A stretch of DNA of 64,000 nt from an uncultured virus (IMG/VR IMGVR_UViG_3300043427_002950). Lineage: Duplodnaviria > Heunggongvirae > Uroviricota > Caudoviricetes. The stretch is from positions 62,001 through 126,000 of IMG/VR virus record IMGVR_UViG_3300043427_002950. One strand, 5' to 3'. The position numbers and the translations under genes were made by a program. Positions 1 through 9,282 of the stretch are shown one piece after another. Positions within the stretch are counted from its first letter, which is position 1, and every line of letters begins with the position of its first letter. The notes below the pieces were generated by a model. It saw only the letters and a program-made list of their open reading frames with translations, did not search any database and was not told the DNA's origin.

Positions 1-1
1 A

Positions 2-1633
2 AGACAAACATCTAATCCCACAATCTCTGTTCCAGATTCAAGTCTCGATTATGAATCTGCAAAAACAGCTTCTATTATAACTGGAACAGGTTCTGGATCT
101 CAATTCAGAATTGTTAGAGGGGGAATAAGAACTGCTGGGGTTACAACTTATTCTACAGTTGAGTTATTAAGTGGTGGATCTTTATATAATGTAAATGATG
201 TTATTAGAATACCTGGAAATCTTCTTGGGGGACAATCTGGAGATGGAACTACAAATACTCTTAGAAATGATCTTTTAATTTATATAGAACAAGTAATTTC
301 TGGTGGAAGTATTTCTGGAACTGGATTTACATTTAGAGGAATATCAAGAGATAGTGCCCCATTGGTAAACTCTGGATTATCCACAATTTATTTGGATGGA
401 GGAATTTCTAGAAGATCTAGGCCATTTGGATTAGAAAAAGTGTGGGATAATGTTAATGATTCTGGGCCACCACCAAATCAAGGGTTGTTAAGTCAAACTC
501 ATGATATGCTTACATTGGCAGAAGCAAATAAAGGTGGCGTTGTTAAAATTGATAAAGTTTATACTTATGGAGACATTGAGAAGAAAGCAGAGATTCAAGA
601 ACTATTTTTCTATAGCACTTCTTCTATAGGACATAGAGATTTGGCAGCAACAAACTTTGAAGCATCTATATTATATGATACGGGTGGAAAGAGTGGGATT
701 GCTACAATTATATTTGATAATGATGCATTTGATCAATCCGTATTTTCAAATATTGTGGCCAATGACAACTTATATTTTATAACCTCAAGAAGAAGTAATC
801 CAAATTTAGGTGTTCCATATTTAGATTATAGATTAATTAATAAATCATTGAATGTTATTCGTGCTAATACTAATTCTTCTACCGATAGTGGTTTTGATTT
901 AGTTGACGAAGGTACACAACAATTCATCCCTCCATTTGCAACTAATAATCCTGGATTTGCTTTTGGAAGTAGAATAGATCAAATAGTTATTCAAACGGAT
1001 AACACAATAACTGCTTCTATTTCCGATGATCTTCCTTCTGGGTATAAAGCAATAATCATAAATGATAAATCAGTTTTGACCGTTAGATCTGATAATCATC
1101 CATTTGTAAACGGGGAAATAGTCACTATTAGATTAAATAGATTATTTAATACAACTACATACGTTGAAGAGGGAACTGGAATAGCATATACTTCTTATAG
1201 AGTAAGAAATGCCACAACTTTTTCATTCCAATTAGAGGATGTTTCCACAGGAATCGGGTTAACTCCATCAACAATTATGCCTAATGGCAAAAAATTAATT
1301 GATTATTTTGCTGAAGCATATGTTCCAAACACAAGCATTGCTTTATCTCCATGGACAACTGCAAATCGTTCAGAATTGTATGGAAATTCAAATACTTGGT
1401 CTAGGGTGGGATATCCAGTAATTTATGCTTCCGTTGATGTAGATGGAAATGCACCATCAACTGGAACTGGTGAGGGAGATATACAAAACGTAACTAGGTC
1501 ACTTTTAAGTATTGAGGGGGAAGCATATAAGTTGATTCCAGGTGGAAAAGATCCAGTCGATAACAGAGTTGGATTGGCAAAATTAATTGCTAAAGTTATA
1601 TCAGACGCAACTCAGCAAAAATCAAATCCATAA
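2..1633 (+). CDS. Large virion structural/tail-associated protein, C-terminal part (5'-truncated by the window)
   Basis: The frame of the 362..1633 ORF is open back to base 2 (RQTSNPTISVPD...). It is G/S/T/N-rich, with GTGSGSQFRIVRGG and SGGSLYNVNDVIRIPG segments typical of cyanomyophage structural proteins. Confidence 0.65.
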   Translation, partial: RQTSNPTISVPDSSLDYESAKTASIITGTGSGSQFRIVRGGIRTAGVTTYSTVELLSGGSLYNVNDVIRIPGNLLGGQSGDGTTNTLRNDLLIYIEQVISGGSISGTGFTFRGISRDSAPLVNSGLSTIYLDGGISRRSRPFGLEKVWDNVNDSGPPPNQGLLSQTHDMLTLAEANKGGVVKIDKVYTYGDIEKKAEIQELFFYSTSSIGHRDLAATNFEASILYDTGGKSGIATIIFDNDAFDQSVFSNIVANDNLYFITSRRSNPNLGVPYLDYRLINKSLNVIRANTNSSTDSGFDLVDEGTQQFIPPFATNNPGFAFGSRIDQIVIQTDNTITASISDDLPSGYKAIIINDKSVLTVRSDNHPFVNGEIVTIRLNRLFNTTTYVEEGTGIAYTSYRVRNATTFSFQLEDVSTGIGLTPSTIMPNGKKLIDYFAEAYVPNTSIALSPWTTANRSELYGNSNTWSRVGYPVIYASVDVDGNAPSTGTGEGDIQNVTRSLLSIEGEAYKLIPGGKDPVDNRVGLAKLIAKVISDATQQKSNP

Positions 1634-1638
1634 CTATG

Positions 1639-1645
1639 ATAAATA
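1639..1645 (+). promoter_or_regulatory. T4-like late promoter (ATAAATA)
   Basis: Intergenic, ~35 bp upstream of the 1680 start. Confidence 0.65.
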
Positions 1646-1679
1646 AATAAGAATAAAAGAAGGGTGGATAGGGAAACCC

Positions 1680-4600
1680 ATGGCCTCAGTCAATAAAAAC
1701 TTTGTTGTTAGAAATGGTCTTGAGGTAAATACCAATTTAATTTATGCTGACATTGATACTCAAAGAGTTGGAATAGGTTTAACTCAACCTTTAGCATCTT
1801 TTCATGTTTTAGGCGATGCAATAATAAATCCAAATTTAACGGTTTCGCAAACGTTATCTGCTGGAAATGTTGATTCATCTTCTGGTTTATTTGGATCTCT
1901 TTCTGCAGGATCTGCAAGTTTAACTGGCGCAACTATTGGAAACCTATCAGTATCAAATAGCGCCTTAATTTCTAATGATCTTACAGTTGGAGATACTCTT
2001 ACTGTTGGAAAATATGCTGGTGATGGATCAGGACTTGTTGGTATTGTAACTCAAATTGTTGCAGGACCTGGAATTAGTATTGATGAAACGCAAGTACCTG
2101 GAAAAGGTATTGTAACAATTCAATCTTTTGCGCCAGTAGGTAAAACAGTATTTGTTACTACAAATGGTGATGATGCAAATAGTGGGCTGAGTGAAGCAGA
2201 TGCGAAGGCAACTATTAAAAGTGCAGCATCTGTTGCTTTAACAAGAGATACTATTAAAGTATATCCTGGGATTTATGTTGAAGAAAATCCAATAGTTTTA
2301 AATGAACTTGTTGCTGTAGAAGGAACTGAACTAAGAAACGTTGTAATAACACCAAAATTTCCTGAAAAGGATATGTTTTATGTCAACAATGGTTGCCATA
2401 TAACTGATTTAAGTTTTATAGGAAAAAACGCAAGAGATGGAGCTGCAATGGTATCTCTTGAAAAACTTTTGGGCACAAAGGAAGATCGATATTTTGATGC
2501 CGCAAGAATGCTTAGATTTAATCTAGACTTTCTTGCAAATGAATCTGTTGCTTGGCTGCATAGTGGATATAGTGGTTATGCTGGAGATCATCTTGCACAA
2601 GATGCTGCTAAAAAAATAGAAGCAAATATTGATTATATTGCTGCAGAAACTGTAGGATTTTTAACTGCTAGAAATGTAGGAACCCTTGGATATCTTGGAA
2701 GTAATGGTCAACCATTCGTTATTTCGGTCAATGGCGTTCCAACTGCCCCAGTAAATTGTGAAGATGATGTTAAAGATATATTAAAATCTTTAGTTAATGA
2801 TTTAAAATCTGGAAGTAATAAAAAATCAATAGGTGCTGCTAGAACATATTTCAGTGATGCTGGTGCTCTTCTTCACATTACTGGCAATGATACTAATAAC
2901 AATAGTATTTTAAAAGCTACTGTAGATGCTTTAAGTTTTGCTGCTGGAATAGCAACTCATGTCGTTAATAACATTGATTGGGCAACATCCCCAGCAGCAG
3001 TTGGATTTGGAACTACGACATTTGCAAATAGCAATGCATATGGATCTAGAGGGGTATATCAGGACTTAAGTTACGATCCACTTCCTGGAAATTGCACACT
3101 TACCATAGATGACGTTAAAACCAATATTGGTATTGTTACAAATACGTTATATCAACAATACATAAGTTCCAATGGATTAACATATCTTTCTGGGATTACT
3201 ACAACTTTTGGAGTTAATCTTGATGTAGAACAAGATTGCAGAGATGATATTAAGGATGTATGGAAAAGGATAGTACATGATTTAACTAGAGGTGGAAATA
3301 GTGAGGCAATAAACGCAGGAAGTGCTTATTATGATGATGACTGGAATTTAATTCCACAAATTCTTAAAAATCCACAAGAGGTCGAGCAAACAGTAGCAAC
3401 CTTAGAACATTCATTTTTAATTGCAAGATCAATTATTAATAATAACAATTTTTCATATTTAAGTTCTAGAGCAGCAGGAATTTCTACATATGGAAAACTT
3501 GTTGTTAGTAATGTTTTGTATGATAATGAATGCGGATTTGCAACGGTTTTCATTCAAGATCAAAATGGGAATGATGTTACAGTAGAAGATGCTGATATAA
3601 GACCAGGAGATCCAATTTATTTTGAGAATTTAATATTTGGTTGCGGAAGTGGTCCTGGTTTTTCAACTGCATATTTTCCATCAGAGGAAGCACAAACTGA
3701 ATATGGTGGAAAATATTATGGAAATATTTTCTGCGTATTTAGACTTCCACAAGATAATGCATTTTTCTCTGCAAATCCAAACACATTTGAAGTTTTGGTA
3801 GGTCCATCCACAATTGCACATTATCATTCTGGAGATGGTAGTGCGGAAGCTGGATCTGTAGGATGGAGCACGATTACAGAATGGCCCTATTCATCTGGAA
3901 CAATTGAAAGAAGATCACAATTTACTAAATCTTTTACTCAAGTAAAAGATGCTGCTATTCAAAAAGATCCTTCTCTGGGTTGTGAGGAATTTTTCCCCCA
4001 AGGAGTAAACGAATCTATTGCTGGTTGCAAAAATGTAGTTTCTACAATTAGAAATTTGGTAGGTGTTGTAACTACAATAATTGGATATGGACAAACTTCA
4101 GGAATTACTACGTCATTCCCAGGAAATAGAGGGGAAGGTATCCCATTTAGTAATGTTAAGTTTGTATCTGGTGCTACTTATGACGAGGTATTTGGTAAAG
4201 TTATAGTGACCGTACCTGGATTAAATGCAAGAAAGGGCGACAGAATAGAAATAAAGGATTTAGTATTTTCATGTTCTTCTGGAGGTCCAGTTTCCGAATC
4301 AGTATTTCCTTCAGGATTTTATGGATATAGATTTTATATTGATGATGTAAATGGGGATGACTATACATTAAATGTTGGAGTTTCTACATTACCTCATACT
4401 TATGAAAGAGATGGTTATGTAATTGATAGGACGTTTAACATAACCAGTGCTCCATATGACCATACTTCTGGAATTGTTACAATTACCGCCCCAGGAGCTT
4501 ATGTTTCAAGAGAAGATATTGTAACTATTCGTGATCTTACTTATTCTTGCAGCAGTGGGGGTCCAACGATTACAGCAACTTTCCCATCAGAATCTATTCA

Positions 4601-6185
4601 AACTGAATTCGGCGGAAAGTTTTATGGAAATGATTTTAAAGTTGTAGATATTATTTCCGATAGATTATATAATGCCACAAATTGTCAATATACTCATACA
4701 ACAGGAGTAACAACAATTACAGTAACTGATCCAAATTTTTCAGTTTCTGTTGATGATTTAATAGAAATAAGAGATTTTGAATTTACTTGTGCCAGTGGTG
4801 CTCAAACAACACCAATTTATCCATCTGGAAAATTTGGTTATGTATTTAAAGTTTATGGAGTTAATGGAAATGATCTCACAATTAATACTGGGGTAGGACC
4901 TTTCCCACACACATATGTTTCTGGCGGAACAGTTAGAAATGTAACACAAAGAAAGAGTTCAACTTTCACTTTAGATGTTGGAATTTCAACAATACCTCAT
5001 ACTTATATTGGAGATGGTTATATAATTCCTCCATATTCCCCAGGTGTTGGGCCAATTACACAAGGACCTTATATCAGAAATTGCACTAATTTTGTCGGTA
5101 ACAGTATAGGAATGAAAGTTGATGGATTTGATGCAGAACCTGGATATGAAGATGATATTGGCGTAACTGGAACAATGAGTGTTGACTCATATACTCAATA
5201 TAATCAAGGTGGCATAGGCGTTTCTATTACTAATGGCGGTTATTCTCAGTTAGTTTCTATCTTTACTATCTGTGATGATATTGCAATTTTCACTGGATCT
5301 GGTGGACAGTGTGACCTTACAAACTCTAATGCTTCTTTTGGAAATTATGGATTATATTCCAGTGGTGTTGGTGATGCAAATACAAAATCAATTTATCACA
5401 TGACAGGTTTTGTTGATGAAAGGGCAGAAGTTGAACAAGATAGAGTAATTATTGCTGGGGTAGGTACATATAGACCATATGATGGACAAGCACTTTATTT
5501 TGGTGAATTGTTCAAGAGTGTTAAGAGATTAAATGTTATTGATGGTGGAAGTGGATACAGTGCTTTAGTTCCCCCAAATGTTTCTATTGAACTTCCTCCC
5601 GAAAATGCAAGAGGAATTCGTGCTGAAGGAAGTGTAAACGTAGATCCTGTAACGGGAGCAATAACTTCAATTGATGTTATTAGTGAAGGAAGTCAGTATA
5701 GAAATGTTCCTATAGTAACTATTGATCCCCCATTTGCTGGGGGAACACAAGCAATAGCTCAAGCTGAAATGGAACCTATATATTATTTTGTAGAGTCTGC
5801 CACTATTCCGTGGAATAATGGAATTACTGGAATATCAACAGTTGTTCTTACGCAGAATCTAAATAATACAATAGAAGAAGATACTACTGTATATTTTTCT
5901 AGACTAAGTTTGCAAATTGCAACAACAATTTCTTTTGAATGGGTTGGAGCAGGAACAGACATTAATAAAGCAAAACCTGCACTTGGGGGTGTGACAATTG
6001 CCGAAAATGAAGTTGTGAAATTGAATGGAGGACAAGTTGTATTTACAAGTACAAATCAAGCAGGTAACTTTAGAATTGGAACTGATTTGACCATTAATCA
6101 GTTAACTGGAACAATTAGTGGAAGGGCATTCAGTCAAAGTCTATTGCAAACAGTAACACCACTCATCATCGCATTAGGTAAGTAA
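1680..6185 (+). CDS. Virion structural/tail scaffold protein A (1501 aa), paralog of 12576..16616
   Basis: MASVNKNFVVRNGL N-terminus; beta-helix-like core (VFVTTNGDDANSG...DSYTQYNQGGIGVSITN); Cys-containing helical repeats; YDHTSG...PHTY beta repeats; C-terminal TPLIIALGK. Confidence 0.75.
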   Translation: MASVNKNFVVRNGLEVNTNLIYADIDTQRVGIGLTQPLASFHVLGDAIINPNLTVSQTLSAGNVDSSSGLFGSLSAGSASLTGATIGNLSVSNSALISNDLTVGDTLTVGKYAGDGSGLVGIVTQIVAGPGISIDETQVPGKGIVTIQSFAPVGKTVFVTTNGDDANSGLSEADAKATIKSAASVALTRDTIKVYPGIYVEENPIVLNELVAVEGTELRNVVITPKFPEKDMFYVNNGCHITDLSFIGKNARDGAAMVSLEKLLGTKEDRYFDAARMLRFNLDFLANESVAWLHSGYSGYAGDHLAQDAAKKIEANIDYIAAETVGFLTARNVGTLGYLGSNGQPFVISVNGVPTAPVNCEDDVKDILKSLVNDLKSGSNKKSIGAARTYFSDAGALLHITGNDTNNNSILKATVDALSFAAGIATHVVNNIDWATSPAAVGFGTTTFANSNAYGSRGVYQDLSYDPLPGNCTLTIDDVKTNIGIVTNTLYQQYISSNGLTYLSGITTTFGVNLDVEQDCRDDIKDVWKRIVHDLTRGGNSEAINAGSAYYDDDWNLIPQILKNPQEVEQTVATLEHSFLIARSIINNNNFSYLSSRAAGISTYGKLVVSNVLYDNECGFATVFIQDQNGNDVTVEDADIRPGDPIYFENLIFGCGSGPGFSTAYFPSEEAQTEYGGKYYGNIFCVFRLPQDNAFFSANPNTFEVLVGPSTIAHYHSGDGSAEAGSVGWSTITEWPYSSGTIERRSQFTKSFTQVKDAAIQKDPSLGCEEFFPQGVNESIAGCKNVVSTIRNLVGVVTTIIGYGQTSGITTSFPGNRGEGIPFSNVKFVSGATYDEVFGKVIVTVPGLNARKGDRIEIKDLVFSCSSGGPVSESVFPSGFYGYRFYIDDVNGDDYTLNVGVSTLPHTYERDGYVIDRTFNITSAPYDHTSGIVTITAPGAYVSREDIVTIRDLTYSCSSGGPTITATFPSESIQTEFGGKFYGNDFKVVDIISDRLYNATNCQYTHTTGVTTITVTDPNFSVSVDDLIEIRDFEFTCASGAQTTPIYPSGKFGYVFKVYGVNGNDLTINTGVGPFPHTYVSGGTVRNVTQRKSSTFTLDVGISTIPHTYIGDGYIIPPYSPGVGPITQGPYIRNCTNFVGNSIGMKVDGFDAEPGYEDDIGVTGTMSVDSYTQYNQGGIGVSITNGGYSQLVSIFTICDDIAIFTGSGGQCDLTNSNASFGNYGLYSSGVGDANTKSIYHMTGFVDERAEVEQDRVIIAGVGTYRPYDGQALYFGELFKSVKRLNVIDGGSGYSALVPPNVSIELPPENARGIRAEGSVNVDPVTGAITSIDVISEGSQYRNVPIVTIDPPFAGGTQAIAQAEMEPIYYFVESATIPWNNGITGISTVVLTQNLNNTIEEDTTVYFSRLSLQIATTISFEWVGAGTDINKAKPALGGVTIAENEVVKLNGGQVVFTSTNQAGNFRIGTDLTINQLTGTISGRAFSQSLLQTVTPLIIALGK

Positions 6186-6187
6186 AA

Positions 6188-6556
6188 ATGGCAGCAATTG
6201 CACTTAATAAATTTAGAACAATTAGAACAAGAGTTACAACAAATAATGTTGGAATTTATACTTGTCCTATTGGTGTTGCTAGTATTATTATTAATTGGCA
6301 AATTACCAATGTTTCTACGGGAAATTCTGTTGGAATATCAAGTATAACTGCTTTACATGCAAGGGATCCAGATCCAGTGACTGGAGTTGTCAGCTTTAAA
6401 TTATCAAATGGAGTAATTATTCCTCCAAATGATGGATATAATATTGTTGGTGATGGAAGACTTGCTTTGGAAACTGGTGATGTTCTTTTCATTTCCGCAT
6501 CGGAAAATTGGAAACTTGAGTCCGTTTTAAGTGTATTAGAAACTGCAAAACAGTAA
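6188..6556 (+). CDS. Small beta-rich virion adaptor protein A (122 aa), paralog of 16621..16980
   Basis: IYTCPIG...QITNV...GRLALETGD...SVLETAK aligns with VYTAPIG...QVTNV...GKLILESGD...SILETLN. Confidence 0.75.
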   Translation: MAAIALNKFRTIRTRVTTNNVGIYTCPIGVASIIINWQITNVSTGNSVGISSITALHARDPDPVTGVVSFKLSNGVIIPPNDGYNIVGDGRLALETGDVLFISASENWKLESVLSVLETAKQ

Positions 6557-6561
6557 GATAA

Positions 6562-9258
6562 ATGACAAGAAATAGATACAACACAGGAAGATCTCTCAGA
6601 AGAGATGCAACTGGAATTACCAGTGATAGATATAGTTACATTGGATTAGATCAGGTTGAACCTCATCTTGGTGATCCTTCGGTTGGTATCGCATCTACTG
6701 GTAATAATCCGCCAGGATTGGGACTTCCAAGATCAACTTATGTTTTAGCAGCTAGACCTGGAGATCCGAGAAGATATTGGATCGATCCATTTGATTTGGA
6801 TACTGACGGCATTCAAGGTCTGCAGGGAACTCAGGGTTCTCAAGGTATGCAAGGCAATCAAGGCACCCAAGGTATGCAGGGTCTACAGGGTGCCTTGAGT
6901 AATTTCCAAGGAACCCAAGGGAGACAGGGAACTCAAGGTCTTCAGGGAAATCAAGGGAGACAAGGAACTCAAGGACTGCAAGGAGCACTTAGCAATTTCC
7001 AAGGAACTCAGGGAACAGCAAGTGGACAAGGTACTCAAGGTCTTCAAGGTCTTCAGGGAAATCAAGGAGTTCAAGGACCACAAGGAACTCAAGGATTCCA
7101 AGGGACAATAGGATCTCAGGGATACCAAGGTGTTCAAGGAATTGCAAATCAAGGTATTAGAGGAGATCAAGGTGTTCAAGGAGCTTTAAGTAATTTCCAA
7201 GGAACCCAAGGTGTTAATGGTCAACAAGGATTGCAAGGATTGCAAGGATTGTCCAACCAAGGTTTTCAGGGAATATCTGGACAAGCAGTATTTAAAGGAG
7301 ATCAAGGTGTTCAAGGTCTTCAAGGTGTTCAGGGTCCATTAAGTAATTTCCAAGGAACACAAGGAAGGCAAGGTCTTCAAGGTGTTCAAGGAGTTCAAGG
7401 TCTTCAGGGAAGGCAAGGTATTCAGGGTAATCAAGGTTTTCAAGGTGCCCAAGGATTTCCTGGAAGTGCTCAAGGAAATCAAGGAACACAGGGCGTTCAG
7501 GGACAAATTGGAAACTTCCAAGGAACTCAAGGTAGACAAGGTGCTCAAGGAGTTCAAGGAGTTCAAGGTCTTCAGGGAAGGCAAGGTGGTCAAGGAGTTC
7601 AAGGAATTCAAGGCAGTCAAGGTTTTTCAGGAACTTCTCAAGGTGTTCAAGGAACACAAGGATCCCAAGGCGTTCAAGGTCCACTAAGTAATTTCCAAGG
7701 TGTCCAAGGTCTTCAAGGTCTTTCTGGATCTTTACAAGGTCTTCAAGGAGAACAAGGCGTTCAAGGACTGCAAGGACTGCAAGGAAATCAAGGCGTTTCT
7801 GGTCAAAGTTTTAATCAAGGTCTCCAAGGAAGGCAAGGTCTTCAAGGAGTTCAAGGTCAAATTGGAAACTTCCAAGGAACTCAAGGTGTTCAAGGAAGAC
7901 AAGGAACACAAGGAACTATAGGAAATCAGGGATTCCAAGGAAGACAAGGAATACAAGGAACACAAGGTTTTCAAGGTGTTCAGGGGAATCAAGGTGTTCA
8001 GGGAAATCAAGGTATTCAAGGAAGAATTGGAACTTCTATTATTATTATTGGAACAGCCGCAAATATTTCCTCACAGTCTCCAGATCCATCCACTTACTTA
8101 ACAGCTACTTTTCCAGGTGCTCAACCAGGAAATGGTGTTGTTGATAGTGTTACCAATGAAGTCTGGGTATTGCAAGCCAATGGAACAACATGGGTTAATG
8201 TTGGAGATATTTCTATACAAGGTCTTCAAGGTCTTCAAGGTCCTCAAGGTGCTCAAGGATTCCAAGGAACACAAGGTAGACAAGGTGTTCAAGGTGTTCA
8301 AGGCATTCAAGGACTTCAAGGAAGACAAGGAAATCAAGGTGTTCAAGGTCTTCAAGGAATTCAAGGTCTTGCGGCAGCAAAACAATTGGGTGGTAAATTC
8401 TTATATGATACTGTACAGACAATAGCAGATCCTACTGGAAATGGATATTTTAGACTTAGCACTGCCTGGACTGGAGCTTTTACTCAGTTTGCAATAGACG
8501 AAACTGATTTTGAAGGAAATTCAATTGTATCGATACTGGATGCCGTTGAGGCTGTAAATAATCCACAAAAAGCTATCTTTACGTTTACAAAAATTGGAGA
8601 CTCTAATACTTTTGCTTCATTCTTTGTTACCAATAGAATTACTGATGGAGCAGCATTCAGAAGTTATTTTGTAACGAAAATTAGTTCTAATGGATCTCCC
8701 GTTCTTAATGATCAATTTAATTTAGTAGTGTCATTTGTAGGTGCTCAAGGAACCCAAGGCAGACAAGGACTTCAAGGATTACAGGGAGTTCAAGGAAATC
8801 AAGGAGTTCAGGGCCTTCAGGGTGGAAACTCTGAAACATCTTTGATTGTTGCACTTGGAGATGAATTTACAAACATTGGAATTGGAACAAGTGTAGTAAC
8901 ATTTAGGGTTCCATTTAAGTGTAGAATTACAGAACCACCAACAATTTCACTTTCATCTGCTGCAGTTGTTGGAATTACCAGTGTAGATGTTTTATATGCA
9001 GATAGAAATGCTAGCCCAGCTTCCTTTAATTCTTGGACAAGTATATACTCAAGTCGGACAACAGTAGCAAATATCGCAGTAGGAAACTACCAAAGTGAAA
9101 CTGGATTTGTTAATACCCCAACTCTCTTAAATTCACCAACAACATTCCCAAATCAAGTTTTAAATAGAAATGATCAATTAAGATTTGATATTACTGGAAT
9201 AGGAACTGGAGGAAAGGGATTGAAAGCAATAGTTTATTATTCTAAGGTATCACCATAA
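6562..9258 (+). CDS. Collagen-like (Gly-X-Gln) fibre protein A with interruptions and globular domains (898 aa)
   Basis: Three G-X-Q blocks separated by globular segments; C-terminal beta domain ending LNRNDQLRFDITGIG. Confidence 0.85.
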   Translation: MTRNRYNTGRSLRRDATGITSDRYSYIGLDQVEPHLGDPSVGIASTGNNPPGLGLPRSTYVLAARPGDPRRYWIDPFDLDTDGIQGLQGTQGSQGMQGNQGTQGMQGLQGALSNFQGTQGRQGTQGLQGNQGRQGTQGLQGALSNFQGTQGTASGQGTQGLQGLQGNQGVQGPQGTQGFQGTIGSQGYQGVQGIANQGIRGDQGVQGALSNFQGTQGVNGQQGLQGLQGLSNQGFQGISGQAVFKGDQGVQGLQGVQGPLSNFQGTQGRQGLQGVQGVQGLQGRQGIQGNQGFQGAQGFPGSAQGNQGTQGVQGQIGNFQGTQGRQGAQGVQGVQGLQGRQGGQGVQGIQGSQGFSGTSQGVQGTQGSQGVQGPLSNFQGVQGLQGLSGSLQGLQGEQGVQGLQGLQGNQGVSGQSFNQGLQGRQGLQGVQGQIGNFQGTQGVQGRQGTQGTIGNQGFQGRQGIQGTQGFQGVQGNQGVQGNQGIQGRIGTSIIIIGTAANISSQSPDPSTYLTATFPGAQPGNGVVDSVTNEVWVLQANGTTWVNVGDISIQGLQGLQGPQGAQGFQGTQGRQGVQGVQGIQGLQGRQGNQGVQGLQGIQGLAAAKQLGGKFLYDTVQTIADPTGNGYFRLSTAWTGAFTQFAIDETDFEGNSIVSILDAVEAVNNPQKAIFTFTKIGDSNTFASFFVTNRITDGAAFRSYFVTKISSNGSPVLNDQFNLVVSFVGAQGTQGRQGLQGLQGVQGNQGVQGLQGGNSETSLIVALGDEFTNIGIGTSVVTFRVPFKCRITEPPTISLSSAAVVGITSVDVLYADRNASPASFNSWTSIYSSRTTVANIAVGNYQSETGFVNTPTLLNSPTTFPNQVLNRNDQLRFDITGIGTGGKGLKAIVYYSKVSP

Positions 9259-9282
9259 TATTATTTTAAGAGGAATTAATTT

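Noticed and set aside
2480..5030. Inteins as the explanation for the large insertions in the scaffold genes
   Set aside because: No C/S...HN splice junctions or homing endonuclease motifs; the inserts are structural repeats.
6752..8425. Many short overlapping ORFs over collagen A
   Set aside because: Same repeat artefact.
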